A DNA stretch of 63,973 nucleotides, filler included, from Acetivibrio sp. (GTDB taxonomy: Bacteria; Bacillota; Clostridia; Acetivibrionales; Acetivibrionaceae): NCBI RefSeq assembly GCF_035371925.1. It is 7 parts of 7 records of this genome, joined end to end, with 100 filler letters (N's around TTAATTAATTAA, not from the genome) between each part and the next. Parts side by side here need not be neighbours in the genome. Positions count along the whole stretch, not along the records: positions 1 to 10,525 come from NZ_DAORXT010000099.1; positions 10,626 to 20,968 come from NZ_DAORXT010000100.1; 5 more parts are not named here. One strand, written 5' to 3'. The notes under the pieces are model-generated. The model made no database searches. It was not told where the DNA came from and saw only the letters and a list, made by a program, of their open reading frames with translations. Positions 10,358 to 18,753 of this stretch are shown here, in pieces (positions within the stretch are counted from its first letter, which is position 1; every line of letters starts with the position of its first letter). A program made the translations under genes and the position numbers.

Positions 10358-10525
10358 TCACAAACTCTTATAGTACTGCTCAAGCACTCCCTCAAATGTC
10401 ATATCACTTCCAAGTCTCACCTGGTCAAGATCCGCCCTGGATTCTATCCCGATCAAACCCTTGCTTTTAATAGCCTCTAGCTTTGTCCTTAAAAAGCTTT
10501 CATCAAGGAAAAACAACCTGCCTGG
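10358..10525 (-). CDS. C-terminal 55 aa of a DUF4007-family protein (BrxP/SspB-like), truncated by the contig end
   Basis: Not in the ORF track. Translates as PGRLFFLDESFLRTKLEAIKSKGLIGIESRADLDQVRLGSDMTFEGVLEQYYKSL*, resembling the DUF4007 C-terminal 'PG..F.L......L......G.I......LDQ' pattern. Confidence 0.65.
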   Translation of the reverse strand, partial: PGRLFFLDESFLRTKLEAIKSKGLIGIESRADLDQVRLGSDMTFEGVLEQYYKSL

Positions 10526-10625
10526 NNNNNNNNNNNNNNNNNNNNNNNNNNNNNNNNNNNNNNNNNNNNTTAATTAATTAANNNNNNNNNNNNNNNNNNN
10601 NNNNNNNNNNNNNNNNNNNNNNNNN
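10526..10625. other. Artificial contig linker (N run with TTAATTAATTAA)
   Basis: The same 100-nt linker occurs at 10526, 20969, 31344, 41523, 51649 and 61306. The 12-mer gives stops in all six frames. Confidence 0.98.
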
Positions 10626-10640
10626 CATACTTTAACATCC

Positions 10641-11111
10641 CTACGCTTTTACAAATATTAGCCTTAATATCTCCCAATTGACAACAGCAGCAACCACTGT
10701 TATTGCTATCACAATGTTTATAAGATATCTTAGGGGCTTTAGCAAAATTGAATTGTTTTTTGTCAACACCCGAAGAATCCGGTATATTATTTCCAAGACG
10801 CACCATGCATATGCAAAGATACCTGCCATATTATACCGAAAGGCGCTCTTAAAATCAAAATGGCCTATTGAAACAAAGCTTCTTGTCATTCCGCAGCTGG
10901 GACAATTGTAACCCGTAATACTTTTAAAAAAGCATGTATTTGGAATATTGAAATCAACGCCCGGAAGCTTAAGATAAGTATAATCATCCCTTATATTCAA
11001 AATAAAGGAACATAAAACAACAAAAAACAGGAATAAAATAAGCACTAAATCATTCCTGTTATTATAATAATATATCTTCGAATCTTTATATGTATTGGAG
11101 TTTACAGACAT
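10641..11111 (-). CDS. DUF2752-family membrane protein
   Basis: Motif 'CFFKSITGYNCPSCGMTRSF' plus three hydrophobic segments. Confidence 0.85.
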   Translation of the reverse strand: MSVNSNTYKDSKIYYYNNRNDLVLILFLFFVVLCSFILNIRDDYTYLKLPGVDFNIPNTCFFKSITGYNCPSCGMTRSFVSIGHFDFKSAFRYNMAGIFAYAWCVLEIIYRILRVLTKNNSILLKPLRYLINIVIAITVVAAVVNWEILRLIFVKA

Positions 11112-11165
11112 TTTTAATACTACCCCGTTTTTCTCTCGGATAAATGCAGCCTTAAAGATATTTTA

Positions 11166-11594
11166 TCAAGCAAGACGTCTTAAAACCCTTGCAACAAGAA
11201 GCAGTGCCCACAAGCCCAAGCCAACTATACCCAAGACTTTTCCTACTTTTCCCAGTGTACTGTTGGATTCATTTCCTTTAACTATAGCCAAAGGTCCAAA
11301 AACAACAGCACAGCAAAAAAGTGACAATATACCGAATACTAACGACAGAATACCTGCATTGTCGCTTTCTGCAGTATTATAGTTAGTTGTTCTCCTCATG
11401 GAATCATAACTTGGACTATAATTGGTGTTCATCCGTGAATTTATATTGCCGTTTGAACCGAAGTTATCGTCAACCCCATCGGAATATTCAGACTTAATCT
11501 CCATAGTTTCAGGAATTTTTCCGCCGCACCACTCACAAAACGAATTGAACTCGTTGTTCTCTCCTCCGCAGTTCGGACATTTTTTCATTGTCAT
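11166..11594 (-). CDS. Zinc-ribbon plus DUF4190-like membrane protein
   Basis: N-terminal CPNCG...FCEWCG zinc ribbon. C-terminal 'LSLVFGILSLFCC..FGPLAIVKG' and a second TM helix. Confidence 0.8.
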   Translation of the reverse strand: MTMKKCPNCGGENNEFNSFCEWCGGKIPETMEIKSEYSDGVDDNFGSNGNINSRMNTNYSPSYDSMRRTTNYNTAESDNAGILSLVFGILSLFCCAVVFGPLAIVKGNESNSTLGKVGKVLGIVGLGLWALLLVARVLRRLA

Positions 11595-11721
11595 ACCCCC
11601 AATTCTAATACCAATTAACCTACATATAAATATAATATATTATATGATGTGATTTGTCACGATATTTAGAATTTTTTATTATTTTTTGTTATTTTTTATT
11701 AGATTGAAAAATTTGGTTGAT

Positions 11722-13431
11722 TTACTCCGTGAAAGCTTGAGAATCACCTGAAACCTTATACAAATCAAGCATATAAGCATATATTTCATCCGCATTCAGA
11801 CCATGGGACAGACTGAAAAATTTCATATTCTGCCTGTCGGCAAAGGCCTCATCATTTTCGGTTTCAGGCATGACCAAAATTAATTGACTGTCTTTCTTTT
11901 TGCATTCATCAATAAATTCTTTTACGGTATTGTTTAATTCTTCAAGCACAATAATAAATATATCCACTTCAAAGGACTTGATTAGCTTGTAAAAATAGTC
12001 GCTTTTTTTACCGGAAGCATTCATCCCATAGAGCAATACATCTGGATTGTAAAGCCCGTACAGGGTTTTAAGTCCTGCCGGATCATACTCTTTAATTACC
12101 GATTCTCCCCACAGAGGATTGTAGTTGTTTCCATATAATATTCCAAGACAGCTGTCACTTGCTGTCGTAATATTATACCCGTCCTTTAGAAAGCTACTTC
12201 TGAGGTCTTCCATTATCCCGTATAAATAACGCTCCGTAAAATCGCTTACAACAATCATCGGAATGTCTATTTCTCTTAAAATCGGAACATCCAAATACTT
12301 AAATATTGAAGGGTGCCACACCTTATTTGTCGCATTGGATCTAGGTACATTAATATCCCTGTTTGCATCCCTGTCGTCGAGATATATTACATTTTTACCG
12401 TAATCCATTGCTTTTTGAATCAACCTGTCACTGTTGCAAACGTCATGTTTGTATGGAATTTCATTTCCATCTATAATAACCGTATCAAAATTTTCATGCT
12501 TGTAACCTTTCCCACTCAACAGATTCTCTATTTCTTCCTCTCCGCTGCAATAGCAGTCACATACGAGGTCAACTTTTTCAATAATCTCAATGCGCGAGTT
12601 TCCGCTATAATATTTATTATTGTTGAAATTAATCATCAAAGCTCTTTTGGCCCAATCTATACTTTTGAACATGAACGTACCGGATTCTTTATCCTTTTTA
12701 TTTATCGCCCCTTTCATTAATTCCCGCTTAACATCATCCACTTTTGCATAAGGATTTTTCTTTATGATATTATATACCTTCGCTGTTATAAAGGGAGTGG
12801 CATAGCTATTGCACGATTCACTGTAAAATGCTTCTTCGTTTATCCTTCTCAAAGAAACAGCCCCGTATGCGGTAATGTCCACACCATCGTTGGGGTAAAA
12901 GTTGTAGGTATATTCTCCCTCTTTCAAAGTATCCGTAAAATCCGCTTTTACCCCCACCACATTGGTAAAGCTTGACGGATACGTTATAATATACTGATTA
13001 CTACACGCAGAAACAATCACAATTCCTCTCTCAGCCGCCAAATCCACAACCCTTTTTAATTCAATACTGTCGCTATAATGTACTGTGCCAAGGCTCATGT
13101 TGATAACTTTTATGCCGTTTTCAATACACCACTCGATTGCCTTTACAAGCTGTTCCTTCATCCCCTTTTTGTCCCGGTTGAGAACTTTTATGCTTCCTAA
13201 AGAAGCATCCGGAGCAAATTTGTGTATAATTGCAGCGCATATGGTCCCGTGATTTGGCAAGCCATTATCAGGAACCGGCTCTTTACAATCCTCCTCTTGT
13301 ACAACCTCCAAGTTCCTATTAATCGCAATTTTATATTCAAGGGGCGGAATATCGAAAAAGTTCTCATAAACTCCATCATCAATAATAGCTATACTTATAT
13401 TATTTTTACCCATAATAAACCTTTTTCCCAT
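11722..13431 (-). CDS. S8 (subtilisin-like) peptidase with a large C-terminal extension; RiPP maturation protease
   Basis: Catalytic triad motifs 'IIDDG', 'HGTICA', 'NSYATP'. No signal peptide. Last gene of the peptide operon. Confidence 0.85.
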   Translation of the reverse strand: MGKRFIMGKNNISIAIIDDGVYENFFDIPPLEYKIAINRNLEVVQEEDCKEPVPDNGLPNHGTICAAIIHKFAPDASLGSIKVLNRDKKGMKEQLVKAIEWCIENGIKVINMSLGTVHYSDSIELKRVVDLAAERGIVIVSACSNQYIITYPSSFTNVVGVKADFTDTLKEGEYTYNFYPNDGVDITAYGAVSLRRINEEAFYSESCNSYATPFITAKVYNIIKKNPYAKVDDVKRELMKGAINKKDKESGTFMFKSIDWAKRALMINFNNNKYYSGNSRIEIIEKVDLVCDCYCSGEEEIENLLSGKGYKHENFDTVIIDGNEIPYKHDVCNSDRLIQKAMDYGKNVIYLDDRDANRDINVPRSNATNKVWHPSIFKYLDVPILREIDIPMIVVSDFTERYLYGIMEDLRSSFLKDGYNITTASDSCLGILYGNNYNPLWGESVIKEYDPAGLKTLYGLYNPDVLLYGMNASGKKSDYFYKLIKSFEVDIFIIVLEELNNTVKEFIDECKKKDSQLILVMPETENDEAFADRQNMKFFSLSHGLNADEIYAYMLDLYKVSGDSQAFTE

Positions 13432-13433
13432 CC

Positions 13434-13733
13434 TTACCCTGCATTTTCAATCCGAACTTCTTTACCGCATTCCAATTCTTCTTTTATAATCTCAACTATA
13501 TTCGCTAATGTATTGAACCTTCCGTCAATAATATATTTTTCATGTATTGTTATTCCAAAATACTTTTCAATGCTAAAAAATAGATATACCAAGTGCCTCG
13601 GCCTCATCCCCATATCATAGCCCAGCAAAGGCTTGTCCTTTATTTCCTCCCATACATCAATATAGTCCCATTGAAACTCATCTTTCAGCATTGTTAGCAA
13701 TTTCAAAGCGATATTATCCTGTACCTTATTCAT
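13434..13733 (-). CDS. Peptide-maturation-system acyl-carrier-related protein (TIGR04069-like)
   Basis: 99 aa from the RBS-supported ATG at 13733. ACP-like 'LVYLFFSIEKYFGITI...FNTLANIVEII'. Sits in the RiPP operon. Confidence 0.8.
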   Translation of the reverse strand: MNKVQDNIALKLLTMLKDEFQWDYIDVWEEIKDKPLLGYDMGMRPRHLVYLFFSIEKYFGITIHEKYIIDGRFNTLANIVEIIKEELECGKEVRIENAG

Positions 13734-13746
13734 TTTAAACCCTCCT

Positions 13747-14874
13747 TTAAATACACTCTGCCTCTCCATATTCTGAAAGGGTATCGATAATAAAATCTGT
13801 CATTTGCAGGGCATCCTTACCGTTTAATACATTAAAAATTGTCTCCCCGTAAGATGAAAAATCCTTTATTTTTTCGTCAAGTATTTTCGTGTCAATGGGA
13901 ACATAACTTTCTCTACTCAATTCCTTCGAATAAAACCAGTCAAAAATGACATTTGATATACTAAAGCAATCTACACGACATCCCAGCTTATACCGGACAG
14001 ATTTTTTCAATCTAGTAAAATACTCCTCGACATAACCGTCATAATGACAGCAAAACACTGTTGAATCGGGAGTTACAGCCTGGGATACCTCATAGGCTAA
14101 GACACCAAACCCGTTTGTCAGTTTATTATTATAAGGCATAATGCCTCCCGGAATTCCTATAATAATCAAATCCGGCTTCTCCTCAATTTCCATTTGCTTT
14201 ACGAAATGATTAAACATTACTATTTTATTTGACTCAGATATTTTTTTAGAGTACATAAATTGGGGAAAAGAATGAAATCCAAACAATTCACTATACTCCC
14301 GGCTTCCTATCTGGCTTATTTTATAGCCCTTTTTCAGGATATTTTCCCTTAATGCAAGCTGAGTTTCAAATTTATTTGCTCTATCTCCAACTCCCGCTAC
14401 AAAAACCACAGGCGCGCAAATATTGTAAATTACCTCCTGTTGCGACGGTATTTCTGGATATTCTGCCAACTCTTTTGAATAAGCAAAATATTTAAAATCC
14501 ACTTTATGCTCATTGCATTTGCCTAAAATCAAGTCAAATTCCTCTTTTTCCACCGGAATACATAAAACTATGTCCTTGCCTGCCTCAATTGCTCTCAAAA
14601 TCTTTGGCAGAACGATACTCTTAAAATCCAAAGCATTATGGGATTTTGCAAACAGAACGGTATCGCACAAGCTTAGTTTTTCTTCAAAATCGCTGCTCAC
14701 TACAATACCTATGTCATCCCCTCCATCTGCAGCTTTACCGTCCTTTCCATTCATTCCCCATCCCCTCGGGGAAACCAACGCAGCTATCTCATATCCATCC
14801 AAAAGCTTCTGGTGTCTTATTATTGGAGCCGATTCCAAATCATATGGATAAATCAAGATTTTATTTTTTTTCAT
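13747..14874 (-). CDS. Peptide maturation system protein, TIGR04066-like
   Basis: GGAGG RBS before ATG 14874. 'KILIYPY' N-terminus, P-loop-like 'VFVAGVGDRANKFETQL' and 'IIIGIPGGIMPY'. Follows the radical SAM gene. Confidence 0.8.
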   Translation of the reverse strand: MKKNKILIYPYDLESAPIIRHQKLLDGYEIAALVSPRGWGMNGKDGKAADGGDDIGIVVSSDFEEKLSLCDTVLFAKSHNALDFKSIVLPKILRAIEAGKDIVLCIPVEKEEFDLILGKCNEHKVDFKYFAYSKELAEYPEIPSQQEVIYNICAPVVFVAGVGDRANKFETQLALRENILKKGYKISQIGSREYSELFGFHSFPQFMYSKKISESNKIVMFNHFVKQMEIEEKPDLIIIGIPGGIMPYNNKLTNGFGVLAYEVSQAVTPDSTVFCCHYDGYVEEYFTRLKKSVRYKLGCRVDCFSISNVIFDWFYSKELSRESYVPIDTKILDEKIKDFSSYGETIFNVLNGKDALQMTDFIIDTLSEYGEAECI

Positions 14875-14875
14875 T

Positions 14876-16339
14876 TTAGACCTCCACAATTTGGAGAATA
14901 TTTGTGTCATTAAAATGATATCCGAACTCATTAAGCATACAGTAATCCTTCAGGTGCTCCTCCAATTCAAATCTGACTGATGCACAGTTCGCTTTCTTTT
15001 TTCCTGCAGACAATCTGTCCAATTCGTCAGCAGATGCTGCGCACAACGTACAGAATCGAAATGCCCAGCATTTGGTGCAGCTTTTTTCAGTAATTTGACC
15101 GACATTTAATATTCTCCTGATTTTGTCATAATCAAAGCCACTGTCAAGGGTTCCAATACGCATAACTTCCGATTCTTCACTTACTCTCTCACATGGATAC
15201 AAATTGCCGTTTACATCTGCAAACAGCCTTGTTGCTCCAGGTATGCACGGTCCTCCATGGTGTTCTATATCGGAAAGCTCCTTGCTCCTCACCCTGTCGT
15301 CCAACAGGGCTTTCTTTAGAAAATCAAAGTAGCCCTTTACCAGCTTTGATGTCTTATTGTTATCAAACCGGTTAAGCCGCGCAAGATGTATTTTAAAAAG
15401 CTCATAGTTTAATTGAATGTCATATTCCTCATTTTCCATGTTTTCTTCTGTTTTTATATATTGAAGCGACATTTCCGTAGATGTAATCATGGAATCCTTA
15501 ATCAAGTCATAGTCAGTAAAAAACTTATTAATGCATCCGAAGCTATCCTTTCGATCCAATACAGTATTAAAGGATATTTTCTTAAAATATTCCGGATAAT
15601 TTTCTTTAAAGAATTGAAGGTTCTTATTTACTTTATCAAAGCTTCCACAGCCTGTGACTGCAAATTTTCTATTCCTGTCATGAACTTCTTTTGGCCCGTC
15701 AAGGCTAATGGAGATTTGTACATCATGTTCCATCAAGAACTCAATAATCTCTTTTGTAAACAAAGTCCCATTTGTTGTAGTGCTAAATGTGATTGTCTTT
15801 CCTTCAGAAATTTCTTTTGCATATGCTATTATTTTTTTTATAAGCTCAAATTCCAAAAGAGGTTCACCGCCATAGAAACCGATATTTACTACATCCACTT
15901 CCCGGGAATTGTCAAGTAAAAACTCGACTCCTTTTTTTGCGGTTTCAAAGCTCATTCTTACATTTTTGTGGCTCCTGTTTACATAGCCGCCGGAATATGG
16001 ACAGTAATCGCATCTTAAATTACACTGCTGAGTGACCTGCAAGATGATCATAGACATCTTGTTTTGCAAGTAATCCTCAAGTATATCGCTGACAGGGTGG
16101 ACAACTTTTTTTACTCTTTTAGACGACAAAAACCCCTTTTCCTTAAGTTCCTTTAATATATAGTTGCTCTCACAGTAAGACTGAAATTTTTCACCAATAT
16201 AGTTTTTATCCTCCAATAAATCCTCGAGCATTCTATATGTCTCGTTATTTATTTTTATGATTGCATTGGTATTTACATCAAAAATGTACTTACCCCCCTG
16301 AGTTTCAAACAGGTGAATAAACGGTTTTTCTTTATTCAT
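14876..16339 (-). CDS. ccpM: Cys-rich peptide radical SAM/SPASM maturase (CcpM-like, TIGR04068)
   Basis: CxxxCxxC 'CNLRCDYC', 'FYGGEPLL', and SPASM cysteines 'GPCIPG...YPCERV...CTKCWAFRFCTLC'. RBS-supported start at 16339. Confidence 0.85.
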   Translation of the reverse strand: MNKEKPFIHLFETQGGKYIFDVNTNAIIKINNETYRMLEDLLEDKNYIGEKFQSYCESNYILKELKEKGFLSSKRVKKVVHPVSDILEDYLQNKMSMIILQVTQQCNLRCDYCPYSGGYVNRSHKNVRMSFETAKKGVEFLLDNSREVDVVNIGFYGGEPLLEFELIKKIIAYAKEISEGKTITFSTTTNGTLFTKEIIEFLMEHDVQISISLDGPKEVHDRNRKFAVTGCGSFDKVNKNLQFFKENYPEYFKKISFNTVLDRKDSFGCINKFFTDYDLIKDSMITSTEMSLQYIKTEENMENEEYDIQLNYELFKIHLARLNRFDNNKTSKLVKGYFDFLKKALLDDRVRSKELSDIEHHGGPCIPGATRLFADVNGNLYPCERVSEESEVMRIGTLDSGFDYDKIRRILNVGQITEKSCTKCWAFRFCTLCAASADELDRLSAGKKKANCASVRFELEEHLKDYCMLNEFGYHFNDTNILQIVEV

Positions 16340-16414
16340 GATATTCTCTCCTGTCCCCGTTGCATTTAATCTTATTAAGCAATTCTGCGGCAACTTAGCT
16401 CTATTTTTAACAAG

Positions 16415-16448
16415 AGGATATAACCGGAATAAATTCCGGCTATATCCT
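16415..16448 (-). other. Strong stem-loop between the precursor gene and the maturase gene
   Basis: AGGATATA-A-CCGGAAT-AA-ATTCCGG-C-TATATCCT; no clear U-tail. Confidence 0.65.
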
Positions 16449-16469
16449 TGTATTGCATCACCCAAAATA

Positions 16470-16646
16470 TTATCCTTTATAACCAAAGGATGATTTTGTA
16501 GCACTCTTTGTACCATTTGTAACATTGTAATTTGCAGTAGCAATTACACCGCATGCGCATCCGCAACCGCATGTACATATACCAATACTAGCATATGCTT
16601 CTACTGTTTCTTTAACTGCATTCATGTTTTTGCCTAACTTTTTCAT
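16470..16646 (-). CDS. Cys-rich RiPP precursor peptide (CLI_3235 family-like), 58 aa
   Basis: MKKLGKNMNAVKETVEAYA-SIGICTCGCGCACG.... The leader 'MKKLGK...ETVEAYA' and the CxCxCxCxC core are typical. GGGGGTG RBS. Directly upstream of the radical SAM gene. Confidence 0.85.
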   Translation of the reverse strand: MKKLGKNMNAVKETVEAYASIGICTCGCGCACGVIATANYNVTNGTKSATKSSFGYKG

Positions 16647-16766
16647 TCTTTTCACCCCCCAATTTGCATTAACCTCTTGAAAAGTTCGCGCGTATCTTCT
16701 CAAGCCTGTTTTTATATTTGAATTCCTCAACCTTCCGAGGAAAGCTGAAGAAAACAAAAGCAGTTT

Positions 16767-18536
16767 TTAAATACTCAAAGAATAAGTATCTGATTTTTCC
16801 TTAAAATCTTGGTTGAAATTATTTATTATATCCCTGTAAACCTTGTTGTTTTGATACAGTTCCTCATGCTTTCCAAGGGCCGCAACCTTTCCATCCTCAA
16901 TGAATACGATTTTGTCTAACGCTTTTAAAATGGGCAACTTGTGAGTAACCATAAGAACTGTTTTGTCCTCAAGCTGATTTACAATGAGGTCCGCCATCTC
17001 CATTTCGGACTCAATATCATAGTTTGATGTTGCTTCATCAAGAACAAGTATCTTGGATTCTTTTGCAATTGCCCTCGCCATAGCTATCTTCTGCCTTTGT
17101 CCTCCGGACAGATTGGCACCGTTTGAACCCACAAAGGTATCATATTTTTGCGGCAATTCCTCAATCAAGTCCTCTATTCTGCTCTTCTTTGCAATCATAC
17201 GCAGTTTTATATCATTGTTTTTTGAAAAAGGAATTATGTTTTCCCTAACTGTAGTATTAAAAAGGTATGCATTCTGACTTACCACCGAAATCATCTGCCT
17301 GTATTCCCTAAGCCTTATATGGGCAATATCAATATCATCAATAAGAATCCTTCCTCCATCCGGCTCTAAAAATCTCAAAAGCAAATTAATCAATGTTGTC
17401 TTGCCCGCTCCATTAGAGCCTATTACTGCAACCTTCTCACCTTTTTTTATTTCAAAGCTTATACCTTTAAGCACCTTGTTTTCTTCAGAATATTGAAACG
17501 AAACATTTTCAAATTTCAGGCTTTCGAAAGGAAGGTCCAAGAAGGTTTTCCCAAGCTCTTTCTCCCTATCCGTGTCCAAAAATTCAAAGAATCTTTTGGC
17601 AGAAGGTATTACGTCTGAAAAAGTGTATCCTATATTCAATATTGCCGAAATAGGTGTAGTAACATAAACGCTGTATGTAATAAATGCCATCAAGCCTCCA
17701 ACCGTAAAGTTTGCCTTTAGTATCATGTACGCTCCCAAGATATACAAAAGTCCTGTAATTATCTCAAACAACACCGATTCAGACAGCTCATTAAGTTTAT
17801 CCAGTACGTTCATTTTTATGTCGACTTTTATAAGTCTTCTCTGCTTCTTAATAAATTCACCGGTCTTTAGCCTGTCAATTCCCAGAAGCTTTACTTCCCT
17901 GACTCCCGCTACTGTATCTCCATACCATTCCGAATAATCGCTGTTGGCCTCCATATATTCGCTAAACAGCTTCTGCCTTTGTTTTGCCAAAAGTTTTACC
18001 AGTTTGTACTTGACGGGCAGCACAGCCAGTACAACCAGTGTCAGTTTCCAGTCAATTATGAATAGACCCACAATTCCACCTATCATCTTGAAAACCTGCG
18101 ACACTATAAAAAACAAATTTGAATTGGCTATCTTCGAAATATTTCCAACATCCATATTAATGTTATTCATGATTGCTGCGCTGTTTGTGTTGTTGAAATA
18201 ACCAAGCTTTAGCTTCATAGTTTGTTTAAAAGCCCTTTTTGAAAGCTCGTAGGGCATTATTGAACTTATCAGTACACGATACCTTGTTTCAATAAAGCCT
18301 ATCCCCTGGTCAATCAACACCAAAAGCAAACTTAATGCTACAAGCTTTATAAGCAAATTGAAATTATTTTGAATCAAGCCGTCATCCACTATGCGTTTGC
18401 TTATTATCGGAACCAAGGTGTTTACTACCGCAGAAGACAGCATACAAATAAATATAATTATGATGTTCTTTTTATATGGTTTAAACAGTTTAATTAGCCT
18501 TTGCAATGTTCTCTTGTCTTCTTGTCTCACTCTCAT
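16767..18536 (-). CDS. ABC exporter (TMD-NBD fusion) without a C39 peptidase domain
   Basis: Walker A 'GSNGAGKT', signature 'LSGGQRQK', Walker B 'LVLDEAT'. N-terminal TM domain. RBS-supported start at 18536. Confidence 0.92.
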   Translation of the reverse strand: MRVRQEDKRTLQRLIKLFKPYKKNIIIIFICMLSSAVVNTLVPIISKRIVDDGLIQNNFNLLIKLVALSLLLVLIDQGIGFIETRYRVLISSIMPYELSKRAFKQTMKLKLGYFNNTNSAAIMNNINMDVGNISKIANSNLFFIVSQVFKMIGGIVGLFIIDWKLTLVVLAVLPVKYKLVKLLAKQRQKLFSEYMEANSDYSEWYGDTVAGVREVKLLGIDRLKTGEFIKKQRRLIKVDIKMNVLDKLNELSESVLFEIITGLLYILGAYMILKANFTVGGLMAFITYSVYVTTPISAILNIGYTFSDVIPSAKRFFEFLDTDREKELGKTFLDLPFESLKFENVSFQYSEENKVLKGISFEIKKGEKVAVIGSNGAGKTTLINLLLRFLEPDGGRILIDDIDIAHIRLREYRQMISVVSQNAYLFNTTVRENIIPFSKNNDIKLRMIAKKSRIEDLIEELPQKYDTFVGSNGANLSGGQRQKIAMARAIAKESKILVLDEATSNYDIESEMEMADLIVNQLEDKTVLMVTHKLPILKALDKIVFIEDGKVAALGKHEELYQNNKVYRDIINNFNQDFKEKSDTYSLSI

Positions 18537-18681
18537 AAAATCTCCTTCATTTCGTCCGTGTTTGTATATTACAACACTTTCCTGTATAAAAGGATGAAAA
18601 AATTTGAATATTCTGTGAATATCTTGTGCAAATACAATGAACTTTTTGTGAAAATTTTGTGAAAATAAATTATAATGAAGC

Positions 18682-18710
18682 AAAAAAGGTCGAGATTTCT
18701 CCCGACCTCT
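18682..18710 (-). terminator. Intrinsic terminator of the xylanase gene
   Basis: Minus strand reads AGGTCGGGA-GAAA-TCTCGACCT-TTTTT. Confidence 0.8.
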
Positions 18711-18753
18711 AAAATAGCTGCATTATTCAATTGGCGCAGACCAACATTAAATT

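Noticed and set aside
10570..10581. TTAATTAATTAA palindrome repeated six times between N runs
   Set aside because: Artificial six-frame-stop linker, not biological.
16647..16757. N-terminal extension of the precursor ORF (95 aa in the track) and similar extensions of ccpM, the ABC exporter and others
   Set aside because: Downstream ATGs have strong RBSs and match the family N-termini. The longer starts overlap other genes or terminators.
1962..18536. BREX locus and RiPP cluster as one defence/toxin island
   Set aside because: They are separated by a contig linker, so the adjacency is an artefact.
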